This document shows, piece by piece, positions 13,796-27,454 of a stretch of DNA of 64,000 nt. The stretch is taken from contig NC_092673.1 in the NCBI RefSeq assembly GCF_964355755.1, forward strand, positions 21,635,648-21,699,647, read 5' to 3'. The notes below the pieces were generated by a model that worked only from the letters and a program-made list of their open reading frames with translations, did no database searches and had not been told where the DNA came from. The translations under genes were made by a program, and so were the position numbers. The stretch comes from Antedon mediterranea. Lineage: Eukaryota > Animalia > Echinodermata. Within the stretch, counting starts at the first letter, position 1. Each line of letters begins with the position of its first letter.

Positions 13796-14868
13796 TTACA
13801 GTAAATGAGGCGGCATCAGTTTAATGTAATACGGAGCCTGCAATTGTACTATCAACCTATTAGTCTTGAACACCTTTTGTTTCATGAAGCGGCTATGCAG
13901 CTGTCGAGTCGAAAAGTCATTTTGTTCACGGTCAGATACACAGAGTACTGTATGCACAGAATGACTGTTAGATTCAACAGCTTGCTTAGTAACTTTTTAA
14001 AGAAAGATCATTAAGATAATAAATGATTTTAATACCATTGACATGTCTATATCATGAAAATTATTTTGTTGATACAGTACTACATTTTACTTAACATTAC
14101 TTGATTATATCACAATGAAAATAAATTAAATATTAAAGGCCTGTATCATAATTACAAAATCTATAAAATGTTTTAATAAATGCTGCTGTTCAAGTAAATA
14201 TTATATACTGTATATGTTATATTATAAGATGGTTAAAATCATGGTTTAATACAAAAGTAATTTTGTATTTAAAATGAGAGTGGCTTGTATTCCATATTGT
14301 GCATATTCTTCCAATGTCAGACAATTGCGAATATTATCAGAGACTTGAAGTAAAGCAGCATATTTATAACTGTCGCTTCTGTTACCTCTGGCATAGTGCT
14401 CTTACCCGACGAGTTCACAATCAAGCGAGCGTATTGATTATATTCTTAAAATGAACTGAATGATTGAACGACATCGGTGATGTCATCTGCGTCATCAGCA
14501 ATTGAATTGGGTCTTGCTGTTAAATATTGACATAATCATAGTATTAGGTTAGTAGTAAAAAGGGAATTTATGATCAAATTTAATTTAATAACAGGGAATA
14601 GTTTCGCCATTGTAGCATAGCAAAAAATAACCTTTTTGCTACAAATTTCTAAAAATACAAAACTATGTTTCTCGACTAAAAAATCACTTTGGTTAGCAAT
14701 AATTGCTAAACAAAATTTTTCCCTGAATAATAATTTGGAATAGTTTTTTTAGATAGATAGACCATTTCATATTCTATATTTGATTTGTAAATAATAGAGA
14801 TTGTATTGTAAATTTGGAATTTTTTTTATTTATTAGATTAGATTGAATGAAGTTGTCTGTTAGTTGAG

Positions 14869-14928
14869 ATGATCATGGTTGATATTGAGAGGCCCGCTTC
14901 TGCATCTTCTACTTCAAGTAGGAGCAAG
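14869..14928 (+). CDS. ALMS1: ALMS1-like, probable first coding exon (MIMVDIERPASASSTSSRSK)
   Basis: ATG at 14869, AAG|gtaacc donor at 14929; phase 0 joins in frame to the exon at 17213. Candidate acceptor (tttattag) at 14836 suggests upstream 5'UTR exons. Confidence 0.6.
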
Positions 14929-14959
14929 GTAACCATTTTACTCTTTTATTTATATTTTT

Positions 14960-15400
14960 GCATCATTATCATCATCATTCAACATAATTTTTCATCATCA
15001 TCATCATCATCATTCCTGTATAATCATCATCATCATTCCTGTATAATCATCATCCTCATCATATTCCCATCATAATATTCCCATCATCATAATTTATTAT
15101 CATCCTCATCATAATTCATTATAATTATTATGATAATCATCCTCATATTCCCGTCATCATAATTCATTATCATCATCGTCATCATCATCTTCCCAGCATC
15201 TCCCACCATCATAATTCATTATCATCATCATCACCATATTTCCATCATCATAATTCATTATCATCATCATTCATCATCATATTCTCATCATCATATTCTC
15301 ATCATCATCTTTCCTTATCATCTTTCCTTATCATTATCATCCTTCCTTATCAATATCATCATTCCTTATTATCAATATCATCATTGTCAACAACGAGTTC
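14960..15400. repeat. Degenerate (CAT)n microsatellite in ALMS1 intron 1
   Basis: Long catcatcat/cataat run. Confidence 0.9.
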
Positions 15401-15795
15401 ATCAATCAATGTCATCTTCATTATTATCAAGTTCATCATCAACAAGATCAACAACGTCATCGTCACCAAGTTTATTACCGGTTGAATATTGCTATACAAG
15501 ATCAACGTATTCTTTGCTTCCATACGTTTCTTTTTCTATATACGTTGTTGCTTACTTTCAAGCAGCATCCACTGTGAAATTGTTTATTCGCAATCTGTGC
15601 CCTGGGAATACAATATCATATGCAGCAGCTATACTTGTTGTAATGAGAATTTCTGGTGAATAATATAATCTTTCTTGTTTGCATATCAATACTGATGCAT
15701 ACAAAAACAGATATTGGATTAAAAGTTTAGAGTTGAATATTAGAATGAGAGATGATGAAACTGTATCATTTTGAAAAGATGTATAGACTTCTTAA

Positions 15796-15942
15796 AGCTC
15801 TGTCTACACTATCAAAATTTATGTGACAAAAAAAGTGATGTCCTCATATATGGACATGATGATGTCATATTGCTACCATATTTGGATATATCACTACCAT
15901 ATTTGGGCACATTACATCTAGTTTGATAGGATAGACAGAGCT
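15796..15942. mobile_element. MITE family A copy
   Basis: TAA|AGCTCTGTCTACACTATC...GACAGAGCT|TAA. Confidence 0.85.
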
Positions 15943-17212
15943 TAATGCTTAATTTCCTATTTTTGAAAATGTTCTTGCATACATAACTAGTGAACACATT
16001 CTAGTGTCTTTTAAATGTTATTCAAAAGTTACACATTCTTGTCCATCTTGTAGTATTCTGCAAGTTCATAATAATCAATTAAATACGTAATTTGAATAGA
16101 CACAATATTTTAAGATTTCATTACATTTTAATTTATTTATTGATAATATTAATAGTATAGTAATATCCAAGTTTGGAATTTTCATAAATAAATCTATTAT
16201 TAGAATTACTGTATTTGCTATATTAGGCACACAACACCCTAATTTTGCTGAACCAGAAACTTGTAGTAGTAACACATGTCTAGGCTCTACCAAATATGGA
16301 TACAAATGTTTGAATATTCATTTTTATCTAAATTTGGTCCCTTACTACAACTCACTGACCAATAACTTCTGCTTGATTTGACATTTTGATAACCTCCTCC
16401 ACCAAATATGGTAACACACATTTGCATATTTGATAGGATTGATATAAAAGGCATGAGTAATATTTCTGAATGGCTGCAGTTAGTTACATCTGTTACCAAC
16501 GAACGTTTGAGTGGCTTGCGTGCATTGATTTTAATATCACATTCTAATGGGATAGTATAGGCTAAAACAGTGTGTTTACGTAGACTACTCTTAGATATTA
16601 TGCTACGTTAAATTTTGAATAGGATTTAATGCATTGATAATGAGGTAGGTAGAATACATGATATGATATTGTAGTACTGTAGAGTATATTATTCATTGTG
16701 TCATTGTGCATAGAAAGAAATAAACAGACGTTAATCATACCCACTGTTGAAAATTAGCATGTAACGTCGTACTACAGTAGACGCATTGTTTGTGTTCTAG
16801 TGGGAAATTGTATCCTGTATAGTCAGTGCAGTTGTGTGCCATTAATAGTAGCTATTGTTGAAAATTACATTTTTTAAATTTTATAAAACACAAAATATTA
16901 CCGTATATGCCTCTATAAACCTTTTTGTAAAAAGCTGTTTTCTCTTTAAAATGTAATCTGACTAAAAATGTGGATGAACATTCATAACTATCGCAAAGTG
17001 TAGATTATAAAATATCATGTTTCTCCGTCTGTTTGCAATATTATAGAGAAAATGAAAGGTGCATGAAATTAAAGGCCTATACTGTATATATTTTAGCAAT
17101 ATACCATAATCCAAGTCAATACTGAATCATTATGTCATAGAAATTAAATGACATGTGGTTCACTATCATTTAACTAGATAATAACCTACTTTATTTGCGT
17201 TTGTTCTTCTAG

Positions 17213-20200
17213 AGGGATGATTGGTATGAATTAATACCGCAACAGGTTGAGCTCTCATCTCCATCAGCAAGTAAACGGAAGACAAGTAACTCATCACCAC
17301 ACCATCCGACTAAGGAAGCAAGAACTTCATCCGGTTATCAAATTTCCGACCAGGATTCGAACGCATCGGATGGAGACGTATTCTCACCGGCACCAGATTT
17401 CATCAATGGTGTAAACGATGAAATGTGTAGGGGACATTACGCTGATGACAATGACAATCATTTGGAACAAAATGACAATTTAAAATTATCATCTAATAGT
17501 AATGATTCTATACAAAAAGGAGATTGTCATGCTTTCTATTCAGCAGTCGATTGCGGTCAACACACGACGGAACAATATCCGTTTGTAGAGGATGAAGATT
17601 TTGTTAGTAGCAGTGAAGTTGACATCCCACTGCCAACATCTGATGATGATGCAGTAGTTAAACAAACTGTAAAAGAGATCTCTTCAGAGCCTTTAAAGAC
17701 TGGGGCATTGCAGCAAGCAATATCTAATATATCACTGGATTTTGTTAGCGGAAATCTTAGTGGCTCAATGTCGAAGCTGCCTCTGGACAGTAGTTTTTCT
17801 TCGGTAACAAGCCAAGAAAATTATTCAACAGGAAGTAGTACCAACACTAGTCCAAGGAGAATAACAAAGACCAAATCAAGGTCTGTTTCTACTAAAAACA
17901 AAGACAATAAAAGAAAACTTTTGAATGGATATACAGCTTCTACTAGTGAAAAGTCATCTTCAGTTTTAAGTTCAAAGTTGGAAAAGATTTCAAAATCAGG
18001 AAACTCAATAAATTCTGATACTTTTAGCGGAATATCAAGTGAACAACTTGCAACAAGGGAACAATTAAAAGACAATAAGAAAGAGAATATTTACAAATCA
18101 AATTTTTTACCTCAAACAGAAGTTGATGCCAAAGATACCCACCAATCTCCTCAAAGCAATCCCTCTGCACATGAGGTATCCCCTGATCTTAACGAAAGCA
18201 TATCATTTCCTTTAGAGAAAAATGCAGTGAGCATGCTAAGCGACTCTGTTGCCGTAATTGATAAAAAGCCAATTACGACATCAACACCTTATGTACATTC
18301 GTCGGATAAACAACCAATGAGAATGAAGAGCAAACAGGCTGGAGATAAAATCAAAACTATTAAAAAATCTACAAAGAGCCCAAGGAGTTCTTTAGACTCC
18401 TCCACAAGCTCTGTTGAAGGAAAGAAAATTTCAATCAGATCACAATCACCAAAGCAAATATCAAAAGCTGCAAGTGCTTCATCCACAGACAATAAGAAAG
18501 TTATTTCTAGATCACAATCGCCAAAATATGTTCCTAAGCATTCCACTTCTTTTAGAGATCGTTCTCAATCTCCAAAGCAGATTGCTAAAAATTCAAAACC
18601 ATCTTCCCGGAGCACGTCAGTTGATTCTAAAAAGTCTGCCACAACTTCTCCAAAGCGAGTTTCTAAAACATCAAAATCTAGAACCGGTTCTTCTTCAGGA
18701 AAGAGCAGCGTTGTGTCTCAAAGTAGTAAAAGTGACTCTAATGTATCTTCTAGGTCCAAAGACGTTTCTCGTAGCACGAATCAAAGCCTAAGTACATCAG
18801 CGTTTGCTTCACAAAGCTCATCTAATCAAATGAGTGAAGACTCCATAGGATCTACAAGAGACCAAGACTCAAATGAGGTAAATAGAGGGTCTAATGTTCA
18901 GCTACCGTTAAATCTTGATACACTTAAACCTGAAATTGAACAAGTTTTAGAGCAAAATGTTCAGCATATGTCAAAAGCGTCTTCTGTAACTTCATCAATA
19001 CAGTTTGGTACAGATTCAAGCCAATCTGAAAGTGGTAAAAGTGATTCAAAGACAGCTACACCAGAATTAAAACCAGCTTCTTCCTATATACAGTACCCAT
19101 CTGATCTTCAAAGTGACAATATTTCAAAATCTGACTTACAAAAAGAATCAGATTTAGAAAATAGTTTGACAAACCAACCACATAAACCGCAATTGTCTAG
19201 GGAAAATTTAAGTCTTAATATGTATTCTCAAAGGGATGCTTTATCAAAGAAGGTAGCTGAACTTCTGGCCGAAAATGCAAGTAATAAAGACCTTTCCAAA
19301 AGTAGAGGTGATAGTGAGAATTCAAGTAAAGCAGGAACACCTGATAGCATTGAAGAAGATCAGAAGGAGAGAGCAATGAGGATGCAGTTTCTTCAAGAAA
19401 ATGCCCCTAGTCAAGAGCATGATAAACCATTATCTGGTTCTCTTGATAATAGAATGTTACATGGCCACACACATGGACCTGCAAGATCCCAATCTCCACA
19501 ATCGGATACAAGTACATCTAGCTCTGTGCGTGCCATTATTGACCGTGTAATGACAAAAGGTTCAGAAGGTACCATTGACCCTCGATATACGCAGCAAATA
19601 TCACCAGTAGGTAGTGTAGCTAGTGAACCCACTGGGACTGCTACCTCCAGACTAAAAAATCATAGTAAAGGAAGTTCTTCCGGATACTCTGTAATGAGTA
19701 GATCACGACTGCATTCCTCGTCTCCTGGTTGTCGTGGAAGCACGTCCTCTTTGATATGGGATAGTTTCACTGGACCCTCTTCTTCCGTAGCACCGCCATC
19801 AAATGCTCAAATTAGTTCTACCGTGAGCTCACAAACGCCATCAATGGGAATGACACAGACGAGTCTGGATGGAAAATCAGATAGTCTATCTCTAAAAGCT
19901 GAATGGCATGCCAGGAAGTCTTTTCAAGTACAAGGTAATAACAATACAAGTAACGTTAGTGCCAAAAGTAGTGACTCTCTTGCAAGACGAGTTCAAAAAC
20001 TTCTAGCAACAACTGCATATTTAGATTTAAATAAACCTCAAGAAGTTCCTGGACGGGCTAGACTAGACAGTGATCATGAAGGATTTACTCTGTCAAGATC
20101 ACTTAGTCCTCACTCAGCACATCGTCAGAAATTAATGTCTGAGCACGGCAGAAGTGCATCTACTGATGACCTCACTAGAGCTCAGCATCATGGTTATTCT

Positions 20201-21644
20201 CAAATGCAACATCAGGACATGAGAGGAGGGTCAATGGAAGGCCTACAAATTGAAGGGCACTCAACTTTCAGACCTGATATTAGTCAAGATGTTGGAACTT
20301 ATCCTTCATTTGAACATGGTGGGCCTGATGGCATGAGTTCTGTTTTAATAGGTAGTAGAGCGCCTTCAAGGGTGTCATCAATTTCAATCAGTCCCAGAAT
20401 GTCACCTCACCCTGTAATTCCAATAAGTAGACAGGGGTCAGTAGACAATCAAGAAAATATTGAAAGTTTGGTACATCAAGTCCGTATGATTCTGGGAGCC
20501 GACGCACCACAAGAGAGAGTTGATAGAATCATTAGAGCTGCTCTTCTTGAAGAAGGACGTCAAAGTGCAGAGTTGGATCAATTTTATTCATCACAGAATT
20601 TATCAGAGTATCCTTTGACTCAAAGTCACCATTACGGATCTGATCCACATCTAGCCCAACATCGACCTGTTGACTACCAGCAGTATTCCCCAGGTGGCTC
20701 TTCAGGAAATCATGCAAATTTGCGAAATATTGCAGCTATTAGTCAGGCAAGAAATCTCATATCAAATCAGATACAAAGGGTTGCACAGAATCAGTTTGAC
20801 CACAGTGTAGACATTAGAGGAATGCCTACGGATTATGATAGACATACTCCAGTACAACATCGATCAAGTCCTCAGGTACCACCAATGCGTATGATGGATG
20901 ATTGGCAGAGAAGAGAGGCGTGGCTTGAGCAAGCTGAAAAAGCTGCACATTCAGACAGACTTGCTTACGGTATTCTACCAGAAAGAACATCTCCACTCTC
21001 TGCCTCAAGATCACCTTCTAGAACATCGTCATCGATGGCAAGCTCACCAGATCGCTTTTTTGGAATTTCACCACAACAGTCTCCTAAAAAACCTTATGGT
21101 CGTGATTCAGACCCTTATTTTGAGTATGGTAGTATGCCGAACCCACACTCAAGATCTAGGCCATATGGACGGCAATTCCAAACTATTGCTGCCATGGAAA
21201 CGAATAAACAGTATGGTCATCGAGAACCTGACTGGAACGATCCGTATCATTATCATAACTCATCAAGACCAGGATCGGTACATGAAGTTCCTAGTCGACA
21301 TGCACAGTCATTTGATCTGCCAAATCGCCCTCTATCAGCCGACAATCATGGACAAAGTGCTTTTCATTCAGTTCCCAAAGCTCATATGTTTTCTCGTCGG
21401 GGAAATCCTCGATATCATACTGTATCTGGTATTGATCCTACTGAGTTAATGCGTCACGCGTCTCATATGGGGGCTTATCCTGCTAGGATGCCTGATAGAA
21501 GTGCATCGTATGGTGCACCTGTGTATGAACATCTACATCCTTACAAACCACCAGGAAGGTCAGACGTCATGTACACATATCCCTACGGTAATGAAGGGTC
21601 TTCACCAGCACATACCGAAACAACGATGGAAAGCACACATCCAG
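17213..21644 (+). CDS. ALMS1: ALMS1-like giant exon (4432 nt, Ser-rich, low complexity)
   Basis: ttgttcttctag acceptor; open frame continuing into the 1412-aa ORF; CCAG|gtaatt donor (phase 1). Contains SDSLARRVQKLL and LHPYKPPGRSDVMYTY...ETTMESTHPG, matching recalled vertebrate ALMS1 blocks (LLPYKPSGSTKMYY...TTVESSHSG). Confidence 0.9.
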
Positions 21645-23209
21645 GTAATTATGTCTTATAATGTGTTTTATAAATGTGACTAAATAAATGGTGAAATGTA
21701 ATATTTGACTTGATTTAAATTATTGTTATTTACATTTTGGTTCACAACCTTCAAATTTGGAAGAAAAAATAATGGGATCTAACAAATTTCTTTTTCATAA
21801 AACGTTTAAATAGCTAAAATATTTATTATACGGTATCTCATTTTGAATGCAAATCACCTTTATTAAAAGTGGAATAACCTATTTGAATGTTGATTGATTC
21901 TGTTGCAATAATTAATCTTTTTGAGATTGTCAATTAAAATCAACACCAAATGCAGTAATCTGTAAAATATGTTTATTCAAAAATGTGATTTTGTGTTATG
22001 ACATTCTAAATGATGACATATTATTTGCTTTTGCACTTTCAATATGCATTAATATTATAATATAAATATGCAGTACCTGTTATGCGTTATTATCATAATA
22101 AAACATTGTATACAGAATCTGAATATTCACATTGCAACAAATATATAATAATGGTGTGCTCATTATGTACTTGTATTGTCCCCCTGAAAAAATAATTCTT
22201 AAATATTTTTTTAATATGCCATTTAATGTCACATAATAGTTATCCATTTTGACCAAAAATTGGATAGAAAAATAATGTATTTACCTGAAGAAACTATAAT
22301 TTAAAGCAAAAAAAGTCAAATTAGCGGCCAGCCAGTGCGTTTTTGGTTGAATTTTAACCATTTATTTTGTGTGTCCAAAAAATTACCCAAAGCACGGTAA
22401 GTTGCCAATGCCAAGTCGGTAGTACTGTGAGTGCTGCCAATATAAAATATATCCTAACAGGAAGAAAATCAGGAAATTCTTTGTTAAATTATTAGATTGA
22501 AATTGAATTTGTAAATTCTTATTTCTTGGCATTCAATATGGTTCTTAATAGGTATATAGTGTTTCAATTCCACATTGGGATAATTTCTTAAGTGTAGAAT
22601 ATTTGCAAACATGGATTATACCAATTGATTGACCAAGTTTTAATATAAACTATTATCAGCATAAATGTTTTGGTTTTTAATAAAAACTCAATATTATTTT
22701 CTTTCTTTATTAACATACATAAATAATCATAGTACAAAGACAAAAAAAATGAAAAGGAGGAATCTCTGAAGCTAGTATTACAGTATATGTCCAGTATTAG
22801 GGAAAATTTCTTTTCAAAAACAGATTTAAATTCTGAGGGTGGCAAATGTCCAAGAGGAGTAACATTGGGAGGAAAAAAATCATAAGGAAAATGTAAGGAA
22901 AAAAGGCAACCAGCCTAGAATCATGTGGCACCTGTATTATGTTATGGTTATGGTGTTACATGTACTGATACATGTGACACTGTACCACAGAAATTACCTA
23001 TGGTACTATACGAATTATAGATATATACCTAGATTTGGCTAATAATAAAAAGAATATATAGAATATATTATAATTTATAGTAACTTATTTGCTAATGAAG
23101 AGATTTAAATACTATACAGTTTTGATGAAAGATATAAATTTGCCACAGTAGGATGTTTTTATGAACACATTTCATGTAATTCACTTTACCATGTGTTTTT
23201 ATTTATCAG

Positions 23210-23853
23210 GTTCAGACGATGCTCAACCACCGCATTTCCCCCGTCATGTTCTAGGTGACCGACAAGAAACACACGAAAAGTACTCTCCTTCAGGAATTTA
23301 CTCAAATAATCCAGTTGTGTTGCCAAACTCAAAATCTCACAGGTCTCCTCCAGCGGCAAAAAGTCATGTTAGACCAGTTGCTTGGGATGTTCCTAAAGAT
23401 TTGGACACTGGTAAAGAGCAGTTTTCACCTCCAGGACAAAGGATTAAAAAGGTTGGTGGCGTAACAACATGGAAAGAGATGTCACTGTCAAAATCCAGCT
23501 CTGAAGGGGAGGATAAATCGGAAGAAGAAGGTGAAAGGTCAAGTAGAAAGCACCAAGAGAGACACCAGTATAGAGATGACTCTGTTGGCAGGAAAAGAGA
23601 GGAGTCTCCACATAAATCTAACAATTTCTTTGTAGGTTATAAAGACCCTGAGGTCATGGATTCAGATCGTGAAGACACCATGGAAGCGGAAATGGATAGA
23701 ATAAGAAATAACTTGGAACGATCACGGAGTGGCATACATGGTGATGCAAGACCAATCTATCAATCACCTCCCTTTCATCGGAAAGGTGGTGGTTCAAGCA
23801 ACGGGACAGCACTACCTGGTGGTTACTCCAGACAGGCGCTACAACAAGTTCAG
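23210..23853 (+). CDS. ALMS1: ALMS1-like exon 3 (GSDDAQPPHFPRHVLG...GIYS...)
   Basis: tttatcag acceptor (phase 1), CAG|gtgaga donor (phase 0). GSDDAQPPHFPRHVLG matches recalled ALMS1 GSNDAIAPDFPAQVLG. Confidence 0.9.
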
Positions 23854-24449
23854 GTGAGATTGATTATAGATTTATTATTTATTTTTATAACGAGACACAA
23901 CACAACAAGATGTCCCCAGAGTTGGCTGTGTGTCTATATAAGGGTTTCCAAGTGTGTGTCCATTGCAAGGGCGTGTCCCATGAAAGAGCGTTGTGCCAAA
24001 GGAAACTACTGTAAAATAACGAATATATATATTAAATAATAATAATATAAATATATGTATATTATATTCTACTACAGAAAGCGTTAGTGTTACCCACAAT
24101 TTCTTACTGACTGATTTACTTTATTTTTTTGATTTAGCTTATTTTATTTGTATCTCCATTGTGATCCAGCCACTAATAACCACGTCATTGTAATTGAGTA
24201 ATTTGCCTTTTGGTTATTTTCTATTACAGTATATTAATTCACTTAATATTTTAATTTATCTAATTGTTTCATTTGATTATAAGTATACGGTCTTTGATAA
24301 ATTATCGGCATATCTAGGAGGATGATTCTGTTTTGCTTTCTAAATTTGAGATTAATTTGTGTCTAAATACTGAGACTTTTATTTAATAAAGATACTGCTA
24401 GAACAGTACTAATTTATTAGCATAATTTATACTAATGTTTACTTTGTAG

Positions 24450-24609
24450 CAAGAAAATGCTTCAGATAATCAAGAGTATGCCCAAGCACGGGATGAGTAC
24501 CAGAGGTCAAAGGTCAAGGAGAAGAAGGAACTAGATCGACATCAATTGGAGCGATTGACTGCTTTAATTCAGAATCCAGGGCAATACTACACGACCAGGT
24601 CATCAACAG
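24450..24609 (+). CDS. ALMS1: ALMS1-like exon 4 (QENASDNQ...LERLTALIQNP...)
   Basis: tttgtag acceptor, G|gtgcgt donor, phases 0/1. LERLTALIQNP resembles ALMS1 LDRLAKILQNP. Confidence 0.85.
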
Positions 24610-25163
24610 GTGCGTTAGATATTTAATCAATGTACAGGTAGCAACTATGACAACACTTTAACATATATACTGATTTCGATTTGCAACAACTAATGACCTA
24701 GTAACAAGTAGCCATTTTACTTCATGTCTGTAAGAATGGTATTTTCTGTAGAATTTTGTCTGTTTATAACAACTGTGTTGTCAAAATCCTGATTTTGATA
24801 CATATCTTTTATTGTACTTTTTCTAAGTTTAAGTATATTGTCTATGAATTAGTTAACGCTACTGCCAATCTATAGATTAGATTAACTTTTAGGCTTTTCT
24901 TTTTGTTAATTTTATATGTGTGTTTTTATATTTATATATCTATATTTTCATCCTGTATACACTGTTAGATGTGAAAGAATAAAATTTAAAAAAAATAAAA
25001 ATTGTACTCATGCAGAGTTAGTTTGGAAGCATGCTACTGGTGGTTTCTGGGTCCGGATCACAACCAACAAAACATCAATGTGTAAGTCATTTTAGGATTA
25101 AAGACAAATTGTGAATTTTATATTGTTTCACTATTAATATTTTTTTATATGTAACACTAACAG

Positions 25164-25323
25164 GATCGATAGGTGAAATTTCAGATGATGCTTCTAGTAT
25201 TAGTTCAACAGGCAGTCTACCACGAAGAAGAAAGAAGTGGCGGAAAGACGCAAAGTTTACTCCAAAACAACAATCACCAGAAGAGGCTGATAGAAACTTT
25301 GCTGAAGATATACAACATCAAAT
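25164..25323 (+). CDS. ALMS1: ALMS1-like exon 5 (SIGEISDDASSISSTGSLPRRRKKW...)
   Basis: ctaacag acceptor, open frame, AT|gtttgt donor; phases 1/2 fit both neighbours. Confidence 0.75.
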
Positions 25324-25712
25324 GTTTGTACAACTGTTTTAAATATTATAATGTTGTAATGAATAATTATATTTTGACACAAACTTTACTTGGAATGATT
25401 TACAATATGCAACTTAAGTAATTTGACCAGTCACAAGCAACAACAGGTTAGTCACTTCTAGTTGGTCAAATAACTTTTCTCAATGGAAACCAATTTAGTG
25501 AAAACAAAATTACCAAATGTTTGTCAGCTGCAACATTATGAAAAATGCAAAGTAAGGAAAAGAACCAAAATAATTGATAGTAATAATCAGCAGACACACT
25601 TTTTTCCTTGATTACAAGCTTTGAACATACATTTTTATGGTACTTGGTAATCAGAATTGTTCAGTCAGGCTGTCTGTTTTTAAAAAATAAATATTTATTA
25701 TTATCTTTCTAG

Positions 25713-26714
25713 ACTGGAAGAAGAAGAGAAAGATGAATCAAATACATCGTCAAGTGATGAAACAAAACCAGACAAGATAAACAGACTTCATACAAGTAAA
25801 GAAAACACAAAAACAACGACTTCTCCAAGCGACATCAAATATGATGATATTCTAAAGGAAACTACGCTATCTGATTTGAGTGTTGACTCTGAGAGATTAT
25901 ACCGCATGCTTGGTGCAAAGGGTGTTGAGAAACTCAGTACAAAACTCTTAAAACTACAACAAAAAATTGAGATGCAAAAGGAACAGCATAAACGTAGGAT
26001 AACTGTTAAGAAAGTTCCGCTAGCGGTCATTGGCCCAACCAGCTCATCCGAATCTGAAGTCTCTAATATTATGTCAACAGATTCTTCGCTTTATTCTTCC
26101 GAGTTACATCGGGTTTCTGAAGGTCATGAGCGTCTAGGAAGGAAACCGTTGCGTACGCACATAGACAGGTTTCACAAGATGCCTGAAAGGAGCAGCAGTG
26201 TGGAATCTGAGCCGATGTATCGGTCAAGAACGTATCGTCATGAGGTTGCAGCTGATAGTACAGATGGTTTGGCTAGCGATATTACATCTGATACAATTGG
26301 TAAACCGCAGACAAAACCCCGAAGGTCACAATCTTTACATGATAAAGCATCGCGGGGTAAAGGATATAGGAAACGTGATGAAAGTCCAGGAGACAATGGG
26401 TTATCCGAATCGGATGATCAAGTCTTTCATAAACCTTCGCGACCAGCACCTCGTTCTCGAGATAAAACTTCAGCTGTAAATGCTTCGAAACGGCCAATTA
26501 AAGGAACAGCATTTACGGTTGATGTTGGTGAGGGTAATATTCAAGATGCCGCAAGAAGACGAAAAGATAAATTAAGGGACAAAGAAAACCAAAGAGACCC
26601 TAGATCAAAGGAACCAGGAGCTAAGCCAAAAACAAGAAGTTTAAAAACAGGAGATAAACCAAAAAAATCCAGCACACCTGAATCACCTGATGATGAGAAG
26701 AAAAAAGAAATCAT
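25713..26714 (+). CDS. ALMS1: ALMS1-like exon 6 (LEEEEKDES...SVDSERLYRMLG...KLLKLQQKIEMQK...)
   Basis: tctttctag acceptor, in frame with the 293-aa ORF, AT|gtatgt donor, phases 2/2; coiled-coil-like segment. Confidence 0.85.
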
Positions 26715-27254
26715 GTATGTTACAAATTGTCTTGGTATACAAGTTATTATAAAATAACTAAAGCATTAGGAATGTCACAATTTATATAACTATTCTCAAA
26801 TGCGGCCTAGCCAATTCTACCTCTCCTTTATCCATCTCCTTATTCTTAAATGTCACAGTTAATTTCCTGTCAATGCATCTGGGACGCATTTTCCTTTGCA
26901 ATAATGTGATCCGGTTAACATAATTTAGCATAAACAATAAGATGCATCGTGGGATTGTTATGAGTCACTTGGCGGGACACCAATAGCACAATTTATATCC
27001 TGGTCTATGTCTTGATTTTAAATAATGTTATTAATAATAATATTTAATAATTATTAATTTAATAATAATATTTAATAATTTAATGGTGATATTTTTTAAT
27101 TATAAATTAATTTAATTAGCCCTAAAAATTGTTTTAGGACTTAACAAGACTTCTCTCCTTTTTTACTAATTTTATTTAGCTTTTTGGTTTATTTTATTTG
27201 TAACTCTATTGAGATACAACCACTGATAACTTTTTTTTTATTATCGATCCTCAG

Positions 27255-27393
27255 TGTAGCACCACCAAAACCAGTTGAGAAGCCAGTGGGTTGGTTTCAG
27301 CCTTTCAGTAGTGAAATGCCATGGGTACAGGAGAAGAAAGATCCTATGAAACATGAAAATCCACCAGACCCTCTTGCTAAAGTTAGCCTTAAG
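27255..27393 (+). CDS. ALMS1: ALMS1-like exon 7 (VAPPKPVEKPVGWFQP...KVSLK)
   Basis: cctcag acceptor, AAG|gtaaga donor, phases 2/0; WF-x-P motif just before the ALMS motif. Confidence 0.88.
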
Positions 27394-27454
27394 GTAAGAT
27401 CAGGAGCTAAACTATTCACCCTTTAAAAATAAACTTAAACTGACTACTGTATTA

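Noticed and set aside
17821-21683. Short overlapping or antisense ORFs within the giant exon
   Set aside because: Shadow frames of the Ser-rich ALMS1 coding sequence, with no independent motifs.
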